DNA of 64,000 nucleotides, from positions 134,044,001-134,108,000 of the forward strand of contig OZ024740.1 in NCBI GenBank assembly GCA_964016885.1, written 5' to 3'. This DNA is from Eledone cirrhosa. Taxonomy: Eukaryota. Below, one piece after another: positions 48,445 to 61,212 of the stretch; within the stretch, counting starts at the first letter, position 1, and the number at the start of each line of letters is the position of its first letter. The position numbers and the translations under genes were made by a program. Below the pieces are notes generated by a model. It had not been told where the DNA came from. It was given only the letters and a program-made list of their open reading frames with translations, and ran no database searches.

Positions 48445-49371
48445 AGAATCCAGAGTTGTTTCCATCACTGTTAAATTACGTTTTCTTTCTAGCAATATTC
48501 ATCGACCACAATCGTTATTCATATCAACATTTCCGGTATGATATTTTGAATAAAAAGAGGTTATTTCCGTTTCCGTTACATTTCATAAGTCTAAGACAGT
48601 AGAAATGTATTATTTCCTACGAATATTACAATGAAATCTTAAGAACAATTATGAAAAATAAATAAACCAAACATAGATCAAAATAATAAAGAAAGGAAAG
48701 GTTAATAGCAGAGGTGTAAAGAATTGTGAATAATAAGTACATCAAAAGTAGAATGGGTGGAGTGAAGAAAAGGGAAAGAAAAAGAAACAAAGTAAAAACA
48801 ACACACACACACACGCACACATATATATATATGTCTAAATATATATGTTTGTTTGTATGTGTGCGTCTGTTGGTCAAGACTTACCAAAAATATCTTACTT
48901 TGTGTTTAAGTAGGGACCAAGTTCATTTAGTTTTGCTTTTTATATTAAACGCTTGTTCGCGATGCAAAATTTAATTCTTGTAAAGCTTTGATCTTTCAAC
49001 AATCTTACGTCTTACGTTTGTTATTTTAATTGGAAGCGTTTTCTTTTATCTGCCAGATTAGACCGCTAATTTTATTGCATTCTTTTTATTGATATGACTG
49101 ATCGTAGAAGTGTGTTCAACACTCACTTTTTGAACACACTTTCTGTCATGGCAATGTATCGATTACATGTCACATCGAAATTTGGTTGTGTTCAGATAAT
49201 CTCTTTTAAGTTGAGTTCACCTGGATCAGGAAATTCAACTCACTTGTTTCTATTGATGTAAGTATGGCTCGTATGTAGTGTGGATCATACGTTTTAAATG
49301 TACTTAACAAGAAATTCATTACATTAGACGCTGGGTTTAAAGAGATGATAAGTTAACTATACCCAAATGTG

Positions 49372-49440
<69 letters not shown>

Positions 49441-49443
<3 letters not shown>

Positions 49444-51030
49444 CAAAGGATGAGTGAATCAAAGAGTTACAAGCCGTTAAAATATATCTTTATATAGCTC
49501 TTAGACGTGTTTCACCCAGCGGGGGGTGGGGGCTCATCGGAGGCAGATATTAATAAGCAAAGTCCTTAATTACAGGTCCTGGGAGGGTATAATAATTGTT
49601 TCTACTTTTGGCACAAGGCCAGCAATTACCCAGTGAATTATGGTACTTTATTTTATCGACCCCGTAAGGATGAAAGGCAAAGTTAACCTCGACGGGATTT
49701 GAACTCAGACCGTAAAGGGACGTAACTATGCTGGAAAGCATGGCGTCCGACCTTCTACCGATACTGCCAAATAACCGCCACTGAGAGGGTATAATAATAA
49801 TATCACATCGCCATGCATAGTGATTATAAATGTTATGAGTATAAATACGGTGAAAGGAGTGTAATTTGCTAAGGGAGGTAATTAGTGGTGCCCGTAGAAA
49901 GTTTACTGCATAACTTATGACCAGTACCAACTATGAAAAAAACATTTTATTTAAAAGGAATTAACATATGCGGGGTTGGTCAACTCAGTATAAATGATGC
50001 CGCGTTTGGGTGCGAATATGATAGACTATGGGTAAAGCCGTTAAACACACAGGTATACCTAATGTAAGGGGGCACGTTGGGTGTGAATTTGAAGGCCTAG
50101 AAAAATAATGTCAATTTGGATCGAAGTTGTATGTTCATATGACCAATTATCTAAGAAGTTATTCGGGTTTAGGTAGCAAGTTCGTAATATTACTTAACCT
50201 GGTCCAGCCAAGAGGAAGAATATATAGCGGGGCGGGCCCGACTGAATATGTGCTGTGCAGCTTCCTGGTGAGAACAGTGGGTAGATGATGGTGTTATTCC
50301 ACGTTGTCTAATGGTAAACCTACCGCCGGTAGGTCAGGCCAGGTTACGTGTTGAGAGCCTCGGGTATTATAGTGGTTATTCAGTTGCTGGGGCCCATCTG
50401 TAGAATGATTGTTGTAGTCGGTGGCCGCAATTGATGACAGTTTCGGCCTGACTATTTATGAGTTCCTGAGGTGCTTGCACTATATAATACAGTTCCATTA
50501 GGCAGAGCTGGCAGCTTTTTTTGAATGATAAGGTGTTGCCTGGTTCACAATTTCCCATTGCGTGGTGTAGCTAATGTTGGAGTCAGTTAATTGGGTAATA
50601 TAATTTGCGAAGGATGTAGAGTATCTAAGTTTCCTATTCCTAAAAGAGTGGCGATGCGCTCGAAATCTAGTCTTGAACTCCCCAGAAGTAGCTCCTATGT
50701 ATGACTTAACACTATTAAAACTTGTAACTGTGCATCTATAGATTACGTTTCTAGTCAAGCAATAGCCTCGGAGTGGACAGTTGTTAGGGTTACGACAGTT
50801 GCAGAATTTTTTGTTGTCACCGTTAAGGTGGTAAGGGCTGGTGTTAATTCTATTATTATTACTATCACCATCACCATAGCTGCCATTATTGTGGTTGGCG
50901 CTATTAAAGTTATATTCATGCGATGTAGTGCTATTTCTATTTCTCGTGTTATAACGTCTTCTACAGTGGTTGCTATAGTTGCTATGGTTTCTAACCTGGT
51001 CTCCAGCCCTAATTTGCTAATTATTAATTT
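49441..51030 (-). mobile_element. 5'-truncated Naiad-like PLE (GIY-YIG endonuclease fragment, 3'UTR, hammerhead at about 49496-49544), interrupted by a SINE
   Basis: 50376-50810 minus: CNCRNPNNCPLRGYCLTRNVIY..SYIGATSGEFKTRF..H..CQLCLME..CGH; CCGATGA-GCCC..GGGT-GAAAC-AC-GTC; ends at (TA)n. Confidence 0.82.
49597..49784 (-). mobile_element. Full tRNA-SINE with 14-bp target-site duplication
   Basis: Reverse complement of the 34711-34900 SINE; TSD GAGGGTATAATAAT at 49583-49596 and 49785-49798. Confidence 0.9.
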
Positions 51031-51059
51031 CTAATACTTGTAATTGGCGATTGTTTTCA

Positions 51060-52250
51060 CTGGTTGAAACAATGGTCCGGGTGCTGAAATGTAAGTATTT
51101 CAACTCTTTCTTTAGAACTTCTTTGTTATCAGCCCAATATGTTATATTTGTCTATCGCTTCCCTGGGAACGTATTGGATTTGTTTTGAAACAATTACTCC
51201 ATGCATACGTTCTACAGGAGGCAAGGTCGAAATTATTGCGATAACATCTATACTTTTAGCATTGTATCGATCTAAATCTCCATATAATAAGGGTTTAGAT
51301 CGATATGCAGTGATTTCAATCTATTTATTTAGAATTTGCTCAACAAATTCATTCGGAGTACACGCATAGTGTCAATTGTAAGACAACATTCCCAGCCAGA
51401 GCCAGAGGTATCAAATCAATGTGATTAGTGTATCGATAGACTAACATATGAAAGCGTAAAGTACTCACAATATTATCAATTGTAACAGCCATATCTTCCT
51501 ACTTTAGCACACAATAAACCACCGAAATACAGAAATCCACGTCTAAGCTGGTACAATACATTTTCGAATTCCGTGGAGGATCCGCCCATCATCAATTAAT
51601 AAAAAATCCACTACCAGTAAATCTTGGATGAGGGAACTCTTATCAGCCAACATTCCATTGAGGGGTTTCCGAAAATAGACCATACTACTAAATTTTCAAG
51701 TCGGTGCCGGTATTCAGCGTATGGCATTAGCTGTTAATCGGTCAGCAAATGATAGTAGTAATGGCGGACTAGCTGAGGCTGACGGTAATGCCACCAATAT
51801 AGAGCACTCGACCATAATTAAAGAAAATCGTTGGGGAGTTAATTATAATAATATGGGCTTAGATCGATTTCCAGTGACAACAATATCCTTGTTTACAATT
51901 TGCTCAACAAATTTATTTAGAGCAAACGCATATATTGTAAGACAACATTCCCAGCCAGTAGTTTAAGCTATGAAAGGGGTGTAATTGTTGTATGGACAGA
52001 TTAACAGATAAAAACATTAAAGTACTCACAATTCCATCAATTCTGATGGAGTTACAGGGTCGAAGTCTTGACAAACGGTGTGTCTTGGGCATTTTAAACT
52101 CAATGCAGGCCCCCTAAATATGATTTGCAGCATAGAAGACATCACTTATGAAGCATATGTTCCTTCCTCCAGAAAACCAATCCTCCGCTTAGAAATGTTT
52201 AAACGGAAGCTCAATCAGAAATTTTGGAAACATACGTTAATTAATATGTG
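51060..52250 (-). pseudogene. Decayed coding fragments with internal paralogy, possibly Polinton/adintovirus minor-capsid-like
   Basis: Diverged repeats 51283-51483 / 51844-52043 and 52063-52249 / 53773-53958 show synonymous changes in minus frames; motifs GWECCLTI, IQYVP, LHF. Confidence 0.35.
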
Positions 52251-52415
52251 CGATTTTCCTAGTCAGGCTCGATCATCGCATCGATCGTGCCTCGAGCTGG
52301 TCGCCAGAGAAACGATTGTAATATGTCCAATAAATTCCATTCGTCGCAACACTGATTCTCTTTTTTTCTGTGATATCATACTCTGCTCTATGAGATATAT
52401 ATATGATATATATAT

Positions 52416-52511
<96 letters not shown>

Positions 52512-53201
52512 TTTTGAGTATATGTTGGTTGTATACCAACACCTCAGTATGCAGGCTGGAACACTCGACGAAGTGCGCAGGTTGGTTTGGTTACTCCGGA
52601 GTAATGTAAAATAAAGTAAAATAAAAAGTCAAATGTTTAAAATTTAGCTTCGTTTATTACTGCTATATATATATTTCGGTGACAGCCATCTTTGGCTGTG
52701 ACCTCTTCAAACAGTCCGAATTAGTGTGGTATAGACAAGTACATATGTTGTTGAGGTGTATAATTTGTCAATACTCTGATATGCCCAGTTCCTGGTTGGG
52801 TTGTTATTTATCTGAGGAACTGGAATCATATGAATTCAAACAAACGAATTTCAGTGTCAAAGGGCCTCTTCTCCTCTCATTGGTCAGTTGTTAGCACTTT
52901 TGAATGAGGAATGTTCTAACAACTGACCAATGAGAGGAGAAGAGGCCCTTTGACACTGAAATTCGTTTGTTTGAATTCATATGATTCCAGTTCCTCAGAT
53001 AAATAACAACCCAACCAGGAACTGGGCATAGCAGCGTATTGACAAATTATACACCTCAACAACATATGTACTTGTCTATACCACACTAATTCGGACTGCC
53101 TGAAGAGGTCACAGCCAAAGATGGCTGTCACCTAAATATATATAGCAGTAATAAATGAAGCTAAATTTTAAACATTTGACTTTTTATTTTACTTTATTTT
53201 A
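52512..53201. mobile_element. PLE pLTR fold-back: about 288-bp arms (52607-52894 / 52916-53201), 21-nt loop, about 95-nt one-sided tail
   Basis: Arms about 96% identical by eye; hammerhead in each; (TA)n/(GA)n flanks. Confidence 0.8.
53095..53149 (+). ncRNA. Type I hammerhead ribozyme motif (mirror copy at about 52659-52716, minus strand)
   Basis: ACTGC-CTGAAGA-GGTCACAGCC-AAAGAT-GGCTGTCACC-(G/T)AAA-TATATATA-GCAGT; stems I and II complementary. Confidence 0.7.
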
Positions 53202-53220
53202 TATATATATATATATATAT

Positions 53221-53690
53221 AACATTAAAAAGGACATTATCCAGATATTTGGTGTTTTCAACTTAAAATAAAAATAGCCTCTAACTTAGATATATGTGCC
53301 TCTACCTTGATGTTACCCAAAATTTGCTCACTAAATTAGATATACACTATAAAAAGCCGAATGATAAACGAATTCCTATTAACATAGGAGGTAACGACTC
53401 CATCCATTAGTCTTTAAAAATCCAAAGCATAATATTAATCGACTGCTTTTCAATTTATCTTCAAATAAAGACATCTTTGATATGAAGTCCCTATTAAAAC
53501 AATGCTTTACTAGCTAGTTGATTTAGGGAAAATATTGCATGTTCGGAGAAATCTATACCTTCTCCAAAATATGCTATAATATGATATTGTTCACACACTC
53601 CTCTTCACTCAATATTTAATCTAATATCAAAAAACTATTTCTAATCTTAATAGAGGAAACACTTCCCAACACATCATGAATCTTTAAGTA
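53221..53690 (+). pseudogene. Old PLE RT thumb-region fragment
   Basis: NIKKDIIQIF, YLDVT, YKKPND, NLSSNKDIFD, KHFP-like pieces paralleling the 44889-46193 protein. Confidence 0.6.
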
Positions 53691-54577
53691 AGCTACAGCT
53701 GTATTACAAAATATGACGAACATACTACATAAAACTTTAAAGGACATTTAACTTCCGATGGAGTCGTAAGAAAGTCTTGACAAACGGTGTGTCTTGAACA
53801 TTTTAAACTCAATACATGCTCCCAAAATATGATTTGCCGAGTAGAAAATATCACGTATGAAACGTAGGTTCCTACCTCCATAAAACCAATCCTCGGCTTA
53901 GTAATGTTTAAACGGAAGTTCAAGCAGAAATTCTGGAACCATACTTTAATTAATATGTAGACATCATTAAAACAAAATAGCTTTCAATTACATTTAAATA
54001 GATTGAAAGGTGAACCTCTTACAAGAATGACAATAAAAGAGGCAATATTTGCAGGGAGAAACTTTTTGTTCACAAACATATGCTTGAATTTGTTCCCTAT
54101 TTAAAGACCCGGTTAATAGTCTTTTGTCTGTGTTGATATTTTGTGAAACATCGATTCGTTATCTCTATTATGCTACTCCTAACAGACTTTAAATTTCGCC
54201 AATCTCACACCCACAAACACATAAGCATATATAAGGGCACGTTTGCTCTATTCTTCAATTTTCTTTTCTTTCTGGTATTTTTGATGTGTCTATTTTTCAC
54301 TATTCTCTTCTATTAATCTTTGTTTATTTTATTTTCTAGCTTTACCTATGTTCAAATTATGTTTCTCAGAATTCTTCTTGAGGATTCATTATACTGATAA
54401 TATGACCAACCTCATTTCATGCGTCCTAACGGAAAAAGTATATTTTTTCCTAAATATCACTCGGCAGAAATAATGTGTAAGGTCTGATGAATGCCACCAG
54501 ACAGAAAAATTAAAGTAACTACGATAAAAAAACCTGTAGTGTTTATATATATCTATATATATCTCTATATCTCTCTA

Positions 54578-54671
<94 letters not shown>

Positions 54672-55247
54672 GTATAATATATTTCGTTTCTGAATTTGTT
54701 TAGCAAGATTCTTTATCTGAAATCGTGTGTTGAAACCGATATTGTTATACTTTGGGAGGGTCATGTTGTCAATAAGAAACACACGCACCAGTTGCTTTCA
54801 CTTCAATTTAATTTATTATATATTTATAAATTTACAAATTTATAAATTTCTGGTTGGTTGGTTGGTTCCACAACCAGATAGTTGTTTATATATATATAGT
54901 CATAGTTCTTTCGTCACACACTCTGTGACCTCTTCAGTGACTGGGGATTTCTTTCTTCGTTTCTGTGCCTTTCCTTTCTTCTATCCTACGCCATTTTGTT
55001 TGTGTGTGGGTTGCGTGCTCAGTTTGCGCATGCGCCACATCCGGGTGTCTGTGTGTGTTTGTGTTCATTTTTCTATTTTTCTATTTATATTTTCCTATTT
55101 GTTTGTTTATTTATTTATTTATTGTTGGTTGGTTGTTTGTTCTATGTGTGTGTGTGTTTTCACTTTGTCTTGTGTGTGTTTTCATTTTGTGTGTGTTTTC
55201 AATTGTAAGTTGTTTGTTCTATGTGTGTGTGTGTTTTCATTTTGTCC

Positions 55248-58200
55248 TTAATTGTAAGTTGTGATGTTGCTGTTCCACTCATATTTTCTATTTAATTTTG
55301 GTTTTAATTCTTTTATGCTTACTGCCTCTGTAATTTGCCTAAACATTGCGTCTTTCTTGTGTGTGGATTCTATTTTTATTTCTATGCTCTCTAATTTACC
55401 CCTGTGTTCTATCTTAGCATGTTGGTAGAGCACAGATGTTCTTTATTATCTTGGAGGTCTCGCCAGTGTTCATTTATTCGTTCCCCTATACTACGAGCTG
55501 TCTCACCTATGTACACTATATTTTTGTTTCTACATTGTCCTTCAGTACATCTTATGCTATATACTACATTTCTAGTTTTACAGTTAATATGGGGGCTTAT
55601 TTTACAGGTTATACATTTCTTATCTATACATGAGGGTCTTTGGAACGGGTATGTCTTGCTAATAAGTGTTTTTACGGAGGTACCAGGTCTTTCTACTATC
55701 TTAATATTAAGATTATGTTTCTTTAGGGCCCTTCTAAATTTGTAGGCTAGTTCGCCTCTAGGGGTTGTATTGATGAACATTACACTCTGGTATTTATTGC
55801 TATCATACCATGAGTTTATTCTATTGGCCTTGTTCTTAGTTCTTTCTATTCTATTCCAAAATTTGCTCCTATACAAGGGGCAGGTCCCATTTATGTCATT
55901 ATTTACCATTTTTTCCCATTTGGTTCTGGCTCCTTTATACACTCTGATTCTATCTCTCTGATTGTGGCCAGAGAACTGCATACGGTGGATGAAGTGTTGT
56001 ATGTGTCTCTCTAGTTCTTCGGGGTTGCACATGCGGGACACATTTCTCATCACCCGTACCAAATCCGCAATCAGTATGTTGATTTTGGTATGGTCCGAAA
56101 TGGCCGAGTTTCGGTGGATCAGATGTTTGGAAGTCATGGGTTTGGCATAATGGGAATGGAGGATTTGTTTTTGGTTGTTAATTGTATCTAACCAGAGCTC
56201 TGTGTCTAGTACAGGTAATCGATGGTTGGGGTGTCTACTTGGGTAGTCTATAGTAACTCTAATGCTCTGGTGGATGGAGTTTGCTATTTGCTGGATGTTT
56301 TCCATTGTGTTTTTCTCTAGTTCCTGACTGTTCTTTAGTGGGGGTGTCTTAACTACGATGTTTATATCATCTACGTAGCGGGAGTACATTATCAGGGTTA
56401 AGCTGTCTTCTAATTGTTCATTAAGTTTTTGTTTAAGTCTACTGTCCCACCATACCATGAATAAGTTAGCTATGTCGCCTGCAATGCTAACACCAATGGC
56501 TGCTCCTTCCTCTTGGGCATATGTTTTACCATTAAATTTGAACATATGTTCCTTAAGGGTTAATTTTATGCTGGCCCCTACCGCATGTGCAATCATTTTC
56601 TTCAGTTCATCGTGGTTTTCGGGTGTCCGTATGGCTCTGGTCCACCCGTTCCATCTATCTGTGTGGGTTTTCTTGGCCATTGAGGTAATGGTAGGTGGTC
56701 TGCCTCTTGCTGGTCTTGTAGGGCACAGATTGCTAAGGTCATAAGTGTCTAGGTAACTATTACTATGGGTAAGCTTAAGTAGAAGTCCCAGCTCACTGGT
56801 ATCAATCCCACGGAACTCAACCTTTCTCTCGCTGATCATTTCGACGCATTTCTCCACAGCAAAATCCACGTCAATAGATGGATACAGGGACACAACATCC
56901 ATACTGCCTATTATGCAGTTTGTTAGGTCCCCAGATCGGTTACCCGCGCCGATTCTGCTGAGGAGGTCCTCCGTGCTGTCACACACATCTGGGGACATCT
57001 CAATGATGGGGCGTATGATCAGGGAGAGGAAGTAGGACAGTCTGTAGTTACTAGCAATGTTAGCCCCACAGACTGGCCGTGTTGGTGGTCCCGCGACAGG
57101 GTCCCAGCCCGTTTTATGGTCTTTTCGAAGCACATAAAACGCCGGCACGTCATTGTTCCAGGCCTGGAAGTTGTTGGCAGTCCTTTTGTTGGGCTGCATT
57201 ATATTTGTCCACATCACCATATGGGCATTGAGGGTTTTTTCTCTATCCTCATGCTCCTGTGGTGTTACCTCTCTTGTGTTAGTGATGTGTGGTTGCATTG
57301 CCTGGATGTAGTTTGGCAGGCTGTCAACCGACATTCTGCCAGACTTGTCTGTTGGAAAGCATGCTATCTCTCCATTACGCCAGCGCTGCATGAGCTTACG
57401 CAAGCCATTTGCAGATTTTTCTCCCAGTTGCTGGGCCTCTATTCTATTATGCTTCTTGCTATACTGTTCTATAATATTTCTAAGTTCGGATTTAGCTATA
57501 CTAAATTGTGCTTCTGTTTGTTCATCGACCTGCGACGGCAACTGCGTGCGTTTGTTAAATGGCAAAGTCGTGGCGTGGACTCGTCGTAGGTCGAATGATT
57601 TATCGGAGGGGTTATAAAACGGAGAGTTCCAGGCTGCTGCTTTATGTGTACTAGTGCTATTGTTATTGTTAGTTGTGTTGTTTCTATTTCCACCAACAGC
57701 AGCAGCCTCAGCTTCATGGTTGTTTCTATGTCTCTCATAATTACTCCTGTCTCTTTCCACTGGCTCAATGTTGTTATCTACCCTATTTTGTGTGTCTGTG
57801 TGTTCGTCTTGGTTATTCTCTTTGTCCTTAGTCTCCCATCTCCTTTTCCTTTTAATCCTATTACTTTCTCTTATTTCTCTGATTTCTGTGCTACTGTCAT
57901 TACTTGTTTTATGTGTCTGTGTGTTTGTTAAGATTGTGGTGGTGGTGAGAGGCATTGAATGCGTGTGTGTTGTTGTTGTTGATATGTGTTGTTGTTGATG
58001 TGTGTTGTTGTTGTCTCCGTGTGTGTGTGTGTTATCGTTGTTGTGTGTGGTGTTATTGTTGTTTGTGTTTGCGTGTCTGTTGTTGTTGTATCTGGGTATG
58101 TTGCTATTGTTGTTGTTGTTGATGTGTGTGTTGTTGTTATTGTTGTCTCCGTGTGTGTTGTTATTGTTGTTTGTGTCTGCGTGTCTGTTGTATCTGGGTA

Positions 58201-58525
58201 TGTTGCTATTGTTGTTGTTGTATCTGGGTATGTTGCTATTGTTGTTCTTATTGTTGTTTGTGTCTGTGTGTCTGTTGTTGTTGGGATGTGTGTTGTATAT
58301 GTGTGTGCGTATATTGTTGCTTTTGTTTTTGTTTTTGATGCTCCAGCGTAGTTTCGTAAATGATTTTTCTATTTCTGACAGACAACTAATCATATTTACC
58401 TTCTTGAATGTCGCAAATTTGGGTGGCAGACGTATCACAGACATTTCATTATTATCTATTTCCGTGTTTCCATAAATGTTGGTATTTTCATTGTTGAACT
58501 CTTCAGATAATGAGGTGTCGGCCAT
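55248..58525 (-). CDS. PLE RT plus GIY-YIG endonuclease, with a 1-bp frameshift near 55438
   Basis: PTDKSGR, RKDHK, RPVCG, SMDVVSLYPSI, QEEGAAIG, RYVDD, LPVLD, CxxxxCxxC linker, NVVY..YIGETAR..R..EH; poly-Asn insert in the N-terminus. Confidence 0.88.
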
Positions 58526-58552
58526 GTTGATGTGGACAAATATAATGCAGCC

Positions 58553-60526
58553 ATGGTGATGTGGACAAATATAATGCAGCCCAACAAAAGGACTGCCAAC
58601 AACTTCCAGGCCTGGAACAATGACGTGCCGGCGTTGTATGGGCTTCGAAAAGACCATAAAACGGGCTGGGACCCTGTCGCGGGACCACCAACACGGCCAG
58701 TCTGTGGGGCTAACATTGCTAGTAACTACAGACTGTCCTACTTCCTCTCCCTGATCATACGCCCCATCATTGAGATGTCCCCAGATGTGTGTGACAGCAC
58801 GGAGGACCTCCTCAGCAGAATCGGCGCGGGTAACCGATCTGGGGACCTAACAAACTGCATAATAGGCAGTATGGATGTTGTGTCCCTGTATCCATCTATT
58901 GACGTGGATTTTGCTGTGGAGAAATGCGTCGAAATGATCAGCGAGAGCAAGGTTGAGTTCCGTGGGATTGATACCAGTGAGCTGGGACTTCTACTTAAGC
59001 TTACCCATAGTAATAGTTACCTAGACACTTATGACCTTAGCAATCTGTGCCCTACAAGACCAACAAGAGGCAGACCACCTACCATTACCTCAATGGCCAA
59101 GAAAACCCACACAGATAGATGGAACGGGTGGACCAGAGCCATACGGACATCCGAAAACCACGATGAACTGAAGAAAATGATTGCACATGCGGTAGGGGCC
59201 AGCATAAAATTAACCCTTAAGGAACATATGTTCAAATTTAATGGTAAAACATATGCCCAAGAGGAAGGAGCAGCCATTGGTGTTAGCATTGCAGGCGACA
59301 TAGCTAACTTATTCATGGTATGGTGGGACAGTAGACTTAAACAAAAACTTAATGAACAATTAGAAGACAGCTTAACCCTGATAATGTACTCCCGCTACGT
59401 AGATGATATAAACATCGTAGTTAAGACACCCCCACTAAAGAACAGTCAGGAACTAGAGAAAAACACAATGGAAAACATCCAGCAAATAGCAAACTCCATC
59501 CACCAGAGCATTAGAGTTACTATAGACTACCCAAGTAGACACCCCAACCATCGATTACCTGTACTAGACACAGAGCTCTGGTTAGATACAATTAACAACC
59601 AAAAACAAATCCTCAATTCCCATTATGCCAAACCCATGACTTCCAAACATCTGATCCACCGAAACTCGGCCATTTCGGACCATACCAAAATCAACATACT
59701 GATTGCGGATTTGGTACGGGTGATGAGAAATGTGTCCCGCATGTGCAACCCCGAAGAACTAGAGAGACACATACAACACTTCATCCACCGTATGCAGTTC
59801 TCTGGCTACAATCAGAGAGATAGAATCAGAGTGTATAAAGGAGCCAGAACCAAATGGGAAAAAATGGTAAATAATGACATAAATGGGACCTGCCCCTTGT
59901 ATAGGAGCAAATTTTGGAATAGAATAGAAAGAACTAAGAACAAGGCCAATAGAATAAACTCATGGTATGATAGCAATAAATACCAGAGTGTAATGTTCAT
60001 CAATACAACCCCTAGAGGCGAACTAGCCTACAAATTTAGAAGGGCCCTAAAGAAACATAATCTTAATATTAAGATAGTAGAAAGACCTGGTACCTCCGTA
60101 AAAACACTTATTAGCAAGACATACCCGTTCCAAAGACCCTCATGTATAGATAAGAAATGTATAACCTGTAAAATAAGCCCCCATATTAACTGTAAAACTA
60201 GAAATGTAGTATATAGCATAAGATGTACTGAAGGACAATGTAGAAACAAAAATATAGTGTACATAGGTGAGACAGCTCGTAGTATAGGGGAACGAATAAA
60301 TGAACACTGGCGAGACCTCCAAGATAATAAAGAATCATCTGTGCTCTACCAACATGCTAAGATAGAACACAGGGGTAAATTAGAGAGCATAGAAATAAAA
60401 ATAGAATCCACACACAAGAAAGACGCAATGTTTAGGCAAATTACAGAGGCAGTAAGCATAAAAGAATTAAAACCAAAATTAAATAGAAAATATGAGTGGA
60501 ACAGCAACATCACAACTTACAATTAA
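58553..60526 (+). CDS. Inverted 5'-truncated copy of the PLE RT-endonuclease ORF (open to the natural stop)
   Basis: Same motifs; intact C-terminus EAVSI..LNRKYEW. Confidence 0.85.
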   Translation: MVMWTNIMQPNKRTANNFQAWNNDVPALYGLRKDHKTGWDPVAGPPTRPVCGANIASNYRLSYFLSLIIRPIIEMSPDVCDSTEDLLSRIGAGNRSGDLTNCIIGSMDVVSLYPSIDVDFAVEKCVEMISESKVEFRGIDTSELGLLLKLTHSNSYLDTYDLSNLCPTRPTRGRPPTITSMAKKTHTDRWNGWTRAIRTSENHDELKKMIAHAVGASIKLTLKEHMFKFNGKTYAQEEGAAIGVSIAGDIANLFMVWWDSRLKQKLNEQLEDSLTLIMYSRYVDDINIVVKTPPLKNSQELEKNTMENIQQIANSIHQSIRVTIDYPSRHPNHRLPVLDTELWLDTINNQKQILNSHYAKPMTSKHLIHRNSAISDHTKINILIADLVRVMRNVSRMCNPEELERHIQHFIHRMQFSGYNQRDRIRVYKGARTKWEKMVNNDINGTCPLYRSKFWNRIERTKNKANRINSWYDSNKYQSVMFINTTPRGELAYKFRRALKKHNLNIKIVERPGTSVKTLISKTYPFQRPSCIDKKCITCKISPHINCKTRNVVYSIRCTEGQCRNKNIVYIGETARSIGERINEHWRDLQDNKESSVLYQHAKIEHRGKLESIEIKIESTHKKDAMFRQITEAVSIKELKPKLNRKYEWNSNITTYN

Positions 60527-60831
60527 GGACAAAATGAAAACACACACACACATAGAACAAACAACTTACAATTGAAAACACACACAAAATGAAAACACAC
60601 ACAAGACAAAGTGAAAACACACACACACATAGAACAAACAACCAACCAACAATAAATAAATAAATAAACAAACAAATAGGAAAATATAAATAGAAAAATA
60701 GAAAAATGAACACAAACACACACAGACACCCGGATGTGGCGCATGCGCAAACTGAGCACGCAACCCACACACAAACAAAATGGCGTAGGATAGAAGAAAG
60801 GAAAGGCACAGAAACGAAGAAAGAAATCCCC

Positions 60832-60876
60832 AGTCACTGAAGAGGTCACAGAGTGTGTGACGAAAGAACTATGACT
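60832..60876 (+). ncRNA. Type I hammerhead ribozyme (mirror copy 54898-54942, minus strand)
   Basis: AGTCA-CTGAAGA-GGTCACA-GAGTG-TGTGAC-GAAA-GAAC-TA-TGACT; all core nucleotides and stems I and II intact. Confidence 0.82.
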
Positions 60877-61038
60877 ATATATATATAAACAACTATCTGG
60901 TTGTGGAACCAACCAACCAACCAGAAATTTATAAATTTGTAAATTTATAAATATATAATAAATTAAATTGAAGTGAAAGCAACTGGTGCGTGTGTTTCGC
61001 AACATGACCCTCCCAAAGTATAACAATATGTATAATAT

Positions 61039-61165
<127 letters not shown>

Positions 61166-61212
61166 GAGAGGGGGGGAGAGGGGGGATAATAAATTAAGCT
61201 GACGGAAAAAGT

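Larger units (their letters stand above)
54682..61029. mobile_element. Penelope-like element (Neptune-like): minus-strand copy plus a 2.48-kb inverted 5'-truncated copy; 15-bp TSD
   Basis: Arms 54739-57220 and 58553-61029; AATATGTATAATATA at 54667-54681 and 61025-61039; (TA)n flanks. Confidence 0.93.

Noticed and set aside
52063-53958. In-frame TAA shared by two diverged copies, suggesting stop-codon reassignment or A-to-I recoding
   Set aside because: The region has other stops and frameshifts; a stop predating the duplication is simpler
58526-58657. First 44 aa of the 1082-aa ORF
   Set aside because: Antisense read of the inverted arm, not part of the PLE protein
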